A stretch of 64,000 nt of DNA from Haliotis cracherodii (taxonomy: Eukaryota), in assembly GCF_022045235.1 (NCBI RefSeq), contig NW_027266270.1, positions 20,398,001 through 20,462,000 of the forward strand, written 5' to 3'. Position numbers and translations under genes: made by a program. Within the stretch, counting starts at the first letter, position 1, and each line of letters begins with the position of its first letter. The notes below the pieces were generated by a model, which saw only the letters and a program-made list of their open reading frames with translations, had not been told where the DNA came from and made no database searches. Shown piece after piece: positions 52,303 through 64,000 of this stretch.

Positions 52303-52567
52303 ATCTGTCTCTCCAATACGCTGAGGTCGAGACAATTGTTACTTCTCCACCACACATAGCGTGCCAGAGACTTCCTTTTCCTGGGTTTTACTACACACAA
52401 GTTCATAACGACCAAGAATGTGAAAACCCCAGGGACATGCAATATCAAAGTTTATCATATAGATAGAGTAGCTGGACTCCAGTCCTGCCGGGAATAAACC
52501 TGATAGCCACACACTGGTAAATACACATTCACAATGCACAGCACTGTTAATTCAGCTTCTGTTATTA
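52303..52567 (-). ncRNA. Candidate intronic structured RNA, copy 2
   Basis: Exact copy of the above at an offset of +836. Confidence 0.55.
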
Positions 52568-52668
52568 TCAAGACTCATTACAGACCCTAATGGTATCCCT
52601 TCATCAACTTTTGGAGAAATGCTTTGATCTGATTAAGTATTTGTAACTGAGTGGGTCTTGAAAGAAGG

Positions 52669-52986
52669 CAGTAAGGTGAAATGGGGTTTAACGTCACGTT
52701 CATGACTATTGCACTTAAACTGAGTGTATATGTGTGCATGTGCATGTACTAATGCCAATTGTATAGTGCTAGCCCTCTGACATACCTTTGCCACAGTTTA
52801 ACATGAACACCCCATTCAGACAGTAAACTGACTTCGAGATGACCAGTCCTTGTTTTAGCCCCTAAATGCCAAGATTGAGGCAGGGTAACAACAAGTACCT
52901 TCTTTTGCTACAACGTGGCCGAGGATCAAACCCCGACCTCCCACTCTCAGGGTAGATGCTCCACCTCTAGACCACAAGAGTTGGTC
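52669..52986 (-). mobile_element. SINE family C, diverged copy inserted into duplication copy 2
   Basis: Aligns to 49101-49460. Imperfect TSD cttgaaa(g/t)aagg. Confidence 0.82.
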
Positions 52987-53030
52987 CTTGAAATAAGGAA
53001 TTGGGATCACGAAATGAAAAGGATCATATA

Positions 53031-53122
53031 TACTACTCAAAGATAGAGAACACCAGATTCTGTCATGATCGACTACAGTAATATGAAAGAATCATGTCTT
53101 CTTTAACTTCTTTTGAGTAGTA
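53031..53122. mobile_element. Short TA-flanked MITE (tactactcaaa...tttgagtagta); half copy at 51870-51915
   Basis: Terminal inverted repeats are visible; related sequence at ~45560-45735. Confidence 0.6.
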
Positions 53123-54234
53123 TTTGTCAACATTGCTCACACAATTACTAACAAGATCAAAAACAGCATAAGATTTGAACTACTTCATATTTTAAATTTC
53201 ATCTAAAATCAGATTCAAAAGTTATTGCCTTGTGGTAAGCATTTGTGTCCACCAGCACTTGATAAATTTCGTGTAAAATACACAGCAAAGTGTCAATTTC
53301 GTCAAAATCAACAAAGGATAACTTATTCTGAGCTTGTATATTGTTTATTAATGTTCTCAGAGAAGTTGTGAGCCTAAAAGACATATAATGTTCTGTCCGT
53401 ATCACCATCTCATTCAAACCCTGCTTCAAGATTACCATGGACGACAGTCCCTTGAGAAATCTTCCAGCTCACAAGACAAGAGTCAATGCAAGACAATACC
53501 AGCAGAAATCAATCATTAATAACTACAGGAAAATCAAACAGGCAGGATAAATTTTTTTTGGTCAAAGAGTCAAATTAGCTGCTGTGACTATAGTAAAATC
53601 AAACATCTTGTAAGACACAATCAATTGCAGTGTAACCAGCTTGGAGGAGTTGTGTCCCTTTAAGTGTTTCTGAGAAACTGAAAAAAGAAGTTTGGTAGCT
53701 CAATTATCTACAGTGCTTCCTACAGGGCTCGAAAATCAGGGGTCCTTGTCAAAGCCCTAATGCTAAAAGTTCTATGGGTGGCCATATTCAACGACAAGTC
53801 TTTTACCCTTCCTGTCCTGCTGAATTTTCCCAAATTGACTACACGTGCCCAAACCTTTACTAATCTACATGGCCAAACTTGTCACTTGACATCCTTTCCA
53901 GTCGACTTTACTGTGGAAAAAATGGCAGTTATGCTTTCTGACCAAACAAAATGTTGCTAGACCCAGGCTCCTGACTAGTGGTTTAATTTGCAGAATGTGA
54001 AATAACCCCAGGAAACAGAGATGTCATGATGTGCATGTTTCATGTATCGATGCGTATCACAATACACGAGTCACGATACAATACATTCGTACAAATTGTA
54101 TGCACGTTGCATATAGACTAGCAAACAAGTAGAGGCTGGTGTCAATTAGTTGTGCTTACATAGCAGTAATGGGTTAATGCAAGTCATTTCTAATTGCATT
54201 CTGCCATCAGATTCACCATGTAACATGACTGGCA

Positions 54235-54341
54235 GTACTTAGCATAAATCCTGCTTTATGACGACTGCCTGTAAATAACTGAGCCAGGTCTAGACAAACA
54301 AGTGATTGACATCATGAGCAACAATCCATGCTGCTGAAAGA
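54235..54341 (-). mobile_element. SINE family B, internally deleted fragment
   Basis: ctgtaaataa..agtgattgacatcatgagca..ctgaa. Confidence 0.6.
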
Positions 54342-54346
54342 TACAT

Positions 54347-54588
54347 TTTGTGGTTTATGCTGACAGCCTGAAATGTTTATATACGGCAGATATATTTTTC
54401 CAGAATTTAATTGCCCATATTGCGGGTGCATATTACACACGAGTGCGGATTATACACAAATATATAGGTCTATTGTACATTGATCAATCGGAAGGGGTGC
54501 TAATTGTGATTGTTCACCAGCCAATGTATTAGCAAATATCGACGTGGGCGCTTATAAGAGCGGTGCGCTTATTACGTCGAATACGGTA
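54347..54588. mobile_element. Truncated copy of the same MITE
   Basis: Aligns to 33728-33969, including the right TIR. Confidence 0.85.
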
Positions 54589-56628
54589 GTTGTAATAAAT
54601 ATCAATCTGAAACTTTACTAAAAGTGAACTGAATTCTTTAACTATTTAGAATTTAAGTTTGAACAAAGGACTAATGTCAGTTTCTAATGCTACCAAGCTT
54701 TAACCAAAATACCTGAGCCTAAAGCAGGTAATGTGTTGCTTGCTTGTTTAGAAAATATTTTGTTAATGATGCCTTCACTTAGCCTGTGTTTTTGATGGTA
54801 AACCCCTTGCACCTTTCCTTTTTTATGTGGTTCTGATAAAATAACTTCTCCCAATCTGAACCGAAATGGACAGAGATTTGATGCCTACGGTCTTCACAAC
54901 AAGTTTCAAATATTTACAAAGGGAATAATTGTTGAACCTTTCAAAATTTGAATAACAAGCAAACTCAGCAAACATAGGGCGACCAAGACTAATGGAGATC
55001 TGCCATTCATATTTCATTGCCTTGTTTACAGAGAATGTGTAAATCTGGTGAAAAATGTGCAGGATCCATTTTATCGAACACATGAAATCTTGGCCACCAG
55101 ACAATATCAAGCTGTGCTCAAAATGACCTTTTCTTTGCATATAGAGAATGTGACAATCTTTGATGTTTGACAAAAAACGTGCAACAAAATTGCTTAAGCG
55201 GATAATTCAAACAAGCACTTGGCCTAAAATATGTTGCTGTATTCTCTCTCATCTTTCAGTACATGAAAAACAAGTGCAAAAACTCATATCACAGAGTTGT
55301 CTCCCTTTGACTGATTGTCCAAGTGCAAATGAAGATTTTTTAACCAGTTCTGTCTTGAAGACATCTACACATTTCTTAAGAATATAATTATCTACAAAAT
55401 AAAGAACTTAAAAATGTGTTTCTTCCAAAATTGAAACCATATTCATGACAAATGATTTCTTTTGATTAAATAACTATCTTCTAAAGATGAAAGATACCAT
55501 AGTGTCAAGTGGAATCAAAAGTGTTTCAGTAAAAATACAATCAAAAATATACATTTTTAGCCACAGTTACAGAAATTACTTAAAATCGCACTGGTAAAAT
55601 TGGCACCAAGGTTATTTACTTTTTACTATCAATCAACCCTCCCAAGTCCCTATGATCAATGATTTTCTTGGTCCAAAGATCTTAAGAATTAGCAAGAGTT
55701 ATCTCCCTTCTACCATGCCACATTGGAATGGAACAAAGATAACAAACTTGTCAATGCAGACACAGCAATGTAAAGGCATTCACTATTAAGAGGTTGTCAA
55801 ATTGTTTCAGACAGGTTGGGATACATGCAACCCAAAAAATATTTCTAACACTGACCTTTCTCCATGTTTATCCATCAGTATCCAAGGAATGCATTGGATA
55901 ATTGCTACAAGTAATATGCTGTACATTGAAACTAATCTCTGTCATTAATCGGATGATAAGTGTGAAGAAAATTAAGTCGTTTTCCCTGTAATCCATATTT
56001 TCCTCTTATCCACATTAGATAACTACGGGAGCATAAATTCTTGATAATTTAATAATCATAACATTTAAGGCACACATAAAAGTTCAGGGACACTTATCAA
56101 TCTGTACTAGCTATTTAATATACATTTCTTATCACAAATGCTTCCAATAAAGATATACCTCAAAATGAAAACAAACAAAAAATGTGTTCGGTTTTCAAAT
56201 TTTATTAAAAAATACTTTCACATATAACCATTCGTTCTATAAACAGTCAATATGAAAGCCAAGTTCTGACTGTTTGAAGTTTTCTATTTTATATTTTTCC
56301 TTTCAACATCCTTCCCTCCTTATGACACTGTTATTACAGTGAGTCTACATGCCCTTCCGACTCAATTGACTTCCTTCAAACATTATACTAGCCAGACCAT
56401 TCCCTCTTGTCACTACCAGACCAAAACTAATGGACACAATGCCACCATCCACCTATAGCACGTACAAATAGACTCACACTGCAGAAGCCCTAGAATAATG
56501 ATCAATGGAGAAGGCCCCTAAGGACTATATGTTTAAGTAATCTATGTCAAAGATTAGAAACTATATTTAATATAGTGCCAACAAAACTAGGGTAATTACT
56601 AATTTCATGGGTCCTTAGAGGAATTTTT

Positions 56629-56862
56629 CGTTTGTTGTTTAACGGCTCATTCAGCATTATTCCAGCTATATGACAGCAGTCTGTAAATAATCGAGCCTAG
56701 ACCAGACAATCCAGTGATTGACATCATGAGCATTGATCCATGCAATTGGAATATGATGACATGCATCTATCAAGTCAGCAAGTCTGACCACCAATCCCGT
56801 TAGTCGCCTCTTACGACAAGAATGGGTTGCTGAAGACCTATTTTACCTGTATCTTCATGGGT
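56629..56862 (-). mobile_element. SINE family B, full length
   Basis: Intact GTCGTAAGAGGCGACTAACGGG motif on the minus strand. Confidence 0.9.
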
Positions 56863-57080
56863 GTCATAGAAAATATGAGGTCCTGAAGTCAGTGTACTGT
56901 ACTGAAGATTTAATATTTACATTTTTACAGTATCAGATTACATTTACAATATAAGTCTCCACTACAGTATTCAACAATATCTAAGGATCAAATGATGAGT
57001 GGTATATCTTATTGATATTGGTTTTATATAAACACATATTAAATGGATTTCAACTTAGGTATTCTTTGTACAAACACTTT

Positions 57081-57355
57081 GAGGTGGTGAAATGGGGTGC
57101 AAGACTGCATTCAAGATTAATGCATATGTATAGTGATATGCGTGTGTGCTTGTCCTGACAACCCCCTGAGATACAATACTATGGACAGCCCTCTCAGACA
57201 CATTATACTGACTTGGAGCTGACCGGTCCTTGTTTTATCCCCTTAATGCCAAGCACAAGGCAGTGTACCAACAAGTACCATTCTGCTTTAAGTATGAGGC
57301 CAGGTATTGAACCATGACCTTCTGGTCTCTGGGCAGACGCCTTTGCCACTGGAGA
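57081..57355 (-). mobile_element. SINE family C, diverged
   Basis: gaccggtccttgttttatccccttaatgcc..caacaagtacc. Confidence 0.8.
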
Positions 57356-57616
57356 CTCAAACAGCAATATGAATTTAAACATCACTCTTCACAGATAGAA
57401 ACTAACAGCTGTAGGCCACCCATCCTCATAATAACATATAGCAAAACCTTTCAAAAGGGCAAATTTCTACGAGTCCTTATGATACCTTAACCATTGGGCA
57501 GTTTGGCAAGGAGTACAGGACTAGTGCCAATTTCTAACTCTGGATATCATACAGCTGAACATGCTTCTTACATCTCCATCAATATGAACACTGGTCAATA
57601 CAGTCTACATAACCAA

Positions 57617-57860
57617 TAGAACAGGTCTTCAGCAACTCATGCTTGCCGGAAAAGATGACAATGCTTGTCGTAAGAGGTGATTAACGGGATCGGGTGGTCA
57701 GGCTCGTTGACTTGGTTGATGCATGTCATTGATCCCAATCACGTGGATCGATAATCATGATGTCAATCACTGGATTGTCTGGTCGATTGACTCGATTATT
57801 TACAGACTGCCGTCATATAGCTGGAATATTGCTGAGTGCAGTGTTAAACAACAACAATCA
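57617..57860 (+). mobile_element. SINE family B
   Basis: Plus-strand copy with the duplicated hairpin. Confidence 0.9.
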
Positions 57861-58227
57861 ACCACCCAACACCAATCCTCTAGAGACTTGATTATTCAAA
57901 CCATCTGACCAAGTGTCTCCTGCAGCCATTCATGTCAAGCAACATTTGCATTAACTCTATGAGGTTGGTCCTTCAACTCCCAAACAGCATCCCCTTGTTT
58001 CCACGGCAACTGATGTCGTCACTTTGAGACTGCAGGACTTGTCTGCTGTATTGCGCTTCCAACACACGTCCTAATTTCGGTTTTGCATAGAAAGCCAACG
58101 CCGGGCATAAAAAGTATTATTACTGATCCTGTCAATTTCCAAGTCATTTGGGGAATAGGCTGATCAAGATTTATGTTTGTAGTGTGTAAGCCTACATGTG
58201 ACGACATGTCAAAACAGGCTTAAAGAT

Positions 58228-58582
58228 GCTTACTGTCCACATAAATATGCCAAGTAATAACTTTGGTGTACTTCATTGAGCTCTTCTTCAGAAAAAGAAG
58301 TGCTGGTGTATGAGAATAGACACCTTATGTTACTTGGTTTAACCACGAATGCAAGATTCTAACACTGAAAAGGCATCCAACTGAAACACCATAACAATGG
58401 TATAGGCTTACTGTCTACATAAATATGCCAAGTGATAACTTTGGTATACTTAATTGAGCTCTTCTTCAGAAAAAGAAGTGCTGGTGTATGAGAATAGACA
58501 CTTTATGTTACTTGGTTTAACCACGAATGCAAGATTCTAACACTGAAAAAGCATCTAACTGAAACACCATAACAATGGTATA
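58228..58582. repeat. Tandem duplication, 178-bp unit x2
   Basis: gcttactgtc.. at 58228 and 58406. Confidence 0.95.
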
Positions 58583-60317
58583 AGCACCTATTACTCCAAA
58601 TTGACTCAAATCTGCTTAGTAAAAGAAATGTTGTTACAAAAAACTTGCAAATTTGGTTCAAGTTTTATTCTGCACTCAATGTGATGCCAGTCTTGTCACC
58701 ACAGCTTGTAAATTGTCAACTCCTACCCAGAAAACCAGTGACCGATATTATCAGCAATGCCCCACTTCTTTAAGGTACGATGACACAACTGAGTCATTGA
58801 GCTCCAAATTTGGTACAAATGCTGAGGTTTCTTGCACTGTGGTGTAATGTAAGTAGGGCTAATTGAACTGTGTATTTATGTTAAATGATGTTTAAATTAG
58901 GCTGAACAATCTTTAGCATCATGGTACTATTCATATGACAACACAAAGTAATCAGTCAGATTCAGACAACCAAAACACTCAGAATACCCCTATCAAAAGT
59001 TGAGCAGTACATATCGCCATCCATCATCTAACATATTCCTATAAAAGATGCCTTTTGATACTTTAAAGAATCTGGAGAGCTTATTATTTTGAATAAGATA
59101 TATATTTCTCAGAAGAAACAAGTACCAGTTAGATTAATGATCAACGGAAACTATCATACTAAGAGGCAGATGTTTTGCTGAATATAGTTTATGATATTAA
59201 AAAGCAGAGAAGTCATCGCTTATGTCAAATATTAATCTTTTTTCCTTCAATTATAAGTGTATTATCTGTTGTTAATAATTTCAAATAACATAAATGTCGA
59301 GGCATAAAAGAAATGATGAGATTCTGTGCTAACAGAAAGTAGTACAATGTTCACACCGGTGCTATCATACATGAAACATCCTATCAAATAACACGACATT
59401 ATAACACTAATCTGGTCAATAAGACGATTTTTCACCTATTTACCCATCAATCACTGATCAATGAAGATAATTTGTTTACTAACGAGAATCTCTGCGATAC
59501 GAGAAGCATAACATCACTCACATCTCGTACATCATGTTTCCCTCACAACCGGCTCACGTAACTAACACAGCGAGACTCAAGCCATATTTGCCGAGTTTAA
59601 AACATCAATACAAATCATTAAATTCCTACACTCAGCTTGCACATCCATTCAGGGCATGTGATATGCAGCGATTAAAATCTCTCACGTTCAGTGGCCCTAA
59701 CCCAATCATTGATCAAGTGGTTCACCACAGTGCAATTCTTTGTTTTCATGGAAGTCTCATTGCTTGACGACATCTGAAATCAGTGAATATTCTTCTCACA
59801 CGTTTGGGCACACTGACCTGATAGTTCTGTGATTGGAGTCTTTTAACTCAATCCAAACTTCACCCACCTTAATCTGTCAAGTAATATCTTGGGCAGGACA
59901 TAATGCACAAGAGCTTCTTCCAATTCCCTTTACTTGGCATTAATGCTAATGACTGATGGTTTCAAATATGGATAAATTTCATTGAATTCAGAATCCGAAA
60001 AAATAATCAAATTACAGTCCTCAGTTTTATGACAAAACACCTCTTTAAAAGCAGGAATATGAAACGTTGTCAACCTCATATTGCATCAAAGATGATAATG
60101 ATGCCAAATTTCTTTGTGTATTCTGAAAGTGTTTTTCCGCCACTCTAAGTGATCAATAGTATCTTGTCAGGACACAAGAAACAAGCTTATTGAACAGCTT
60201 GAGGAATAAACCCTGTACCCTGGCCTCACCACCAGTTTGTCCATTGGCCCTGATGAGGTGATCTTTATGACTTATGCTCTAACACCAAGTTGGCCAGTCA
60301 AGGAGTCTTCCAATCAA

Positions 60318-60500
60318 ACATCACTATGAGTGTATTGCAACATAAACCATCCACTCCATGTGATATTGTGAAATGTACCATGATACGCAGTGTAACATCA
60401 CTGAGTGTATTGCAACATATACCATCCACTCCATGTGACATTGTGCAAGGCACCATGATACGCTGTGTATCAGACCCCTAATAGTGACCTGGTATCATGA
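60318..60500. repeat. ~77-bp tandem repeat x2+
   Basis: gagtgtattgcaacata.accatccactccatgtga occurs twice. Confidence 0.85.
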
Positions 60501-61427
60501 TACGGAAAGCATCACCTCCCCTCATATCACCCTCTGGTAACCCTCCTGATGAGGAGGTTCCTATCATGACATCTTGACAGCAGGACCAGATACTTGACAT
60601 TCCATCTCAACATGACCAACAACTGGAGTATTTGAATACAGCTATCGGCACTGACCACTCCTCTTGGGCCTGCCTTGAGACTAACACATTGATTACACGT
60701 TAATCGATACCGCCACCGTTGCCACCAAATGCGACTCCTACCGTGGACAGCTCTGTGGCCCAAACCAGATTGATACAATAATGTATTTACATCAGCCAAT
60801 TAGCAGCCTCCTCCTTCCTGCCCACAACACAGCCCCTAGTGATTGGATCACCACACTCGTCTGACACACGGGCGGGTTATAATCAAACAGACACCTCTAC
60901 CCAAATGATATTTACAGCATACCAATAAAATCTGCCACCGAGTTTAATCAATTTACTGCAATACTATAGCATCAAGAGATTCTGGGCCTACAATTAAGAT
61001 GTTATTTTATCAGTCTATCCGTTCCAGTTACTGTCGATTTCATGAAAATCATTTCGTATGCAGCCCATAAACTTTTCCTCCATGCCTCCACAATCATTCG
61101 GTCGAGAAAGTTACTACCACAAATTAATCATTTAAGTTGCATTTATGGACACAAGGTTCAGAAGCCAATCCTCTAGTAGAGGCTATAAACACTCGGTGAA
61201 AAAACAAGGTCACACCAAGGTCACCTCTTTCCCATAGCAAAACCAGTTCATGTAACTTCCTGAAGAAAATTTGCCCGATTTTGCTCGTGAAGTCTGAATA
61301 ATTGATGAAGTAGTCACCAATGCTGATTAATTTTGCTCCTCACAACATACGTGACCTAGTGCCTGCCTGCGATGCCCGTCTTTTGGGCAACTTGACTCAA
61401 TACAACATCCTCAGCCTTCCTTGTTGA

Positions 61428-61602
61428 GTAAGTGAGTGAGTGAGTAATTTGGTTTTACGCCCCTTTAACAATATTTCAGCAATATCATGGCGGGGGGACA
61501 CCAGAAATGGGCTTCACACATTGAACCCATGTCGGGAATCGAACCCGGGTCTTCGGCGTGACGAGCAGACGCTTTAACCACTAGGTTACCCGACCGCCCC
61601 CT
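61428..61602 (-). mobile_element. SINE family A, full length
   Basis: Same sequence. TSD ttccttgttga at 61417-61427 and 61603-61613. Confidence 0.92.
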
Positions 61603-62227
61603 TTCCTTGTTGAAGTGTACTTACCAGGGAACAGAACACAAAAGCCACATCTGTTCTTCTTCAAATATGTTATTTAGTTTACTGTCATGTCATCTGTGGT
61701 AACTTTCAGTAAGTTACAAACTCCTCCTACGCTATCCTTCTCAGCATTTCAACAAGATAAGTTGGACAAGGTTCAGGCTTCCTTTTGCAGTGTAATGATG
61801 GGACTGACTATTATCTTGCAACTTATTGGAATTATGATTCATGTATTTATGATATGTCCCACGATAAATTGCATGTCAGGGTTAGAAACAAACAGTTTTT
61901 GTCCACTGTCCTTATAATGATAACAAATAGCCAAACCTTTAAAATTTCTACTAGTCCTTAGTATACTATTGGCCAGTTTGGTAAGGACTACAGGACAAGT
62001 GCCAATTTCTGACGCTGCATGTGTTTTTTATCTGTAACTTGTTATGGCATTTTCAGTGGATGATGTCACTGAATGTTAAATTTGTGGTCCCCCACCCTAT
62101 GCATGTTTCACCAAAGAGTTCCAGTGTTTGCACACCGCGATTATCTTCAATTTTTATGTCTTAATTCCAAAATGGACCCCAAATGGCTTACCCTGTACAT
62201 CTTTTACCACTTCCTGTACCTGTGATT

Positions 62228-62395
62228 GAGTGAGTGAGTATAGTTTTATGCTGCTTTTAGCAATATTCCACCAATATTACGGGGGGATGGGGCACCACAA
62301 ATGGGCTTCACACATTGTACCCACATCGGGAATAGAACCCGGGTCTTCGGCGTGACGAGCGACCGCTTTAACCACTAGGCTACCCGACCCCCCCT
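62228..62395 (-). mobile_element. SINE family A
   Basis: High similarity to the other copies. Confidence 0.9.
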
Positions 62396-62554
62396 CTTTG
62401 ATAGAGGGAAACTCTACTGCAGTGGATTTTTCTTCTCTCATTTTGATCATGCAAAATGGTAAACCTGATGAACCACTTTTGGGGTGATGAAATTAAGCCT
62501 TTTCACACATCAAACATGATCTTAACACCAACTGCCTTCACTAGCTTTACTTAC

Positions 62555-62609
62555 AAAGGGCCAGGTCCTGTTCCAACTTGTAGGCATGCTGTTCAGCCCG
62601 CTCCTTGCG
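62555..62609 (-). CDS. snRNP70: U1 snRNP 70 kDa protein, internal coding exon (RKERAEQHAYKLEQDLAL + first base of W)
   Basis: Minus strand reads ccatttcag|CGCAAGGAG...GCCCTTT|gtaagt. 55 nt, ends in phase 1. The peptide matches the U1-70K helix before the RRM and joins the next exon in frame as T|GG = Trp. Confidence 0.95.
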
Positions 62610-62802
62610 CTGAAATGGCAAACATTATTTTTACATTAATTTGAAAAAGGAACAACAAAACATATCTGGAAGACCATCTTATTGATGTGTTTCAATTTGA
62701 TAAAGAAACTAAATAGAATCATTAGCTATTTAATAATTATTGTACACTGTTCCAACAAACCATACTTTGCTGTTAGCTGACGATACATCCATCAAATCAA
62801 CC

Positions 62803-63075
62803 ATCCTGCCAATGCAAAAAGTTTTCCATTTGATGACATCCTTTAACAAGGCAACAACAGTTCCCCATTTGATATCCTAACAAGGCAACAACAGTTTCCC
62901 ATTTGATAACATTCTACCAAGGCAACAATAGTTTCCCATTTATTGACATCCTACCAAGGCAACAATAGTTTCCCATTTAATAACATCAAAAGCAGCAATA
63001 GTGTTTTTCTGATTATATCCTGCCAAGGCAACAATAGTTTCGAGACAGTAATGGTTGCCCATGTCATTCCCAGGC
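62803..63075. repeat. Degenerate ~34-bp minisatellite
   Basis: caaggcaacaa(c/t)agtttcccattt repeated. Confidence 0.85.
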
Positions 63076-64000
63076 AATAATATACCACTAAGACAATAAC
63101 CTTATAACAACATACCAATGTGACAACTGCTTTCATTTAACAGTTACAATTATGCTGGACTGTTTCTATCTGAACAAACCTGCACATGTTAAGAAAGAAA
63201 CATGTTTATTTACGATAAACCAGTACCAACAAAATATTAGACAATGGACTTCTTAGTTCTTAAAATAAACATAAATCATTTGGGTTTCACATTTTGGGAG
63301 TTATAGTTGATAAACTTGTCAAAAAGATTGTCCGAGACAGCACTGAGACTAAGGTTGGTCAGGTATAGAACAGTTAAAACTTAGACCGTCTATGATTGCA
63401 TTCTATGTGCATTAGTGCATGCATAAGCTTAACCATCATAAGCCAGGGAAGGCACAGAATAAATTTGGTTGGAATAACAATCAATAAATTACTTTGGACC
63501 ATTTCCAACGCTAACAGCTTAGGCTCAGTTAAGCTCTAAACCCCTTATCGTAATCTAACACAAACTATCAATATTTCCTCTAATCTTACCACCTGGAACA
63601 AGATGACATTTGGTTCAATAACCCCTCAACCATGGCAGCCACAGTGCCCTGGTATAGAAGACATTAGCCCTACTAATACCCAATAGACAAACTGAATAAC
63701 CATATCAATTTTATACCCCACCATGGCAGCTCGAGCTTTGTATTGACTTGTGAGTCTACAGAGTGTTATGCGCCACCAACACTCTACTTCAATGGCCTGC
63801 TAAATGGGCCAAGTTGTCAAAAGTTATAAAGCTATATTTAGCTCAGTCTTAATAACCTGTAGCTCAAAGGACAAAACATGTTTTCAGAAAGGCAAAGTGT
63901 TCTTTAGAGCTGCACTTTCCCATGACCTTAAAGGAGAAAATAATGAACACTTTAAGCTTAATCAATTTCAAATTTGAGGAAAGATTTTATTCATTCTTGG

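Larger units (their letters stand above)
51110..53060. repeat. Old local tandem duplication (~840-bp unit; copy 2 interrupted by a SINE)
   Basis: cattaccataagaaat occurs at ~51111 and ~51959, and ggaattggga..tactactcaaa at ~51837-51881 and ~52997-53041. Flanks are diverged; the core is identical. Confidence 0.9.
49678..62554 (-). other. snRNP70: snRNP70 intron, 12,877 bp, GT-AG
   Basis: Lies between consecutive exons; phase 1 agrees on both sides. Confidence 0.88.

Overview
AT-rich, CpG-depleted animal genomic DNA, probably a gastropod mollusc. The SINE families resemble abalone (Haliotis) repeats; this comes from memory, not a search. The whole window lies inside one minus-strand gene, snRNP70 (U1-70K). 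It contributes three small coding exons (62555-62609, 49619-49677, 522-584) with canonical splice sites, separated by introns of 12,877 bp and 49,034 bp. None of the listed ORFs is a credible stand-alone gene. The introns contain three SINE families, several MITE families, a decayed LINE and minisatellites. Best leads: (1) a tandemly duplicated 273-bp element, identical between copies while its flanks have diverged, that folds on the host-gene strand into four hairpins ending in an H/ACA-like module; (2) a SINE with no tRNA head that starts with a pseudoknotted, HDV-ribozyme-like fold; (3) a ~150-bp palindrome with strand-specific tandem G.A pairs and a GCGAAAGC cap; (4) candidate poison exons in the giant intron. 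Most repeat boundaries are approximate (about 10 bp either way).
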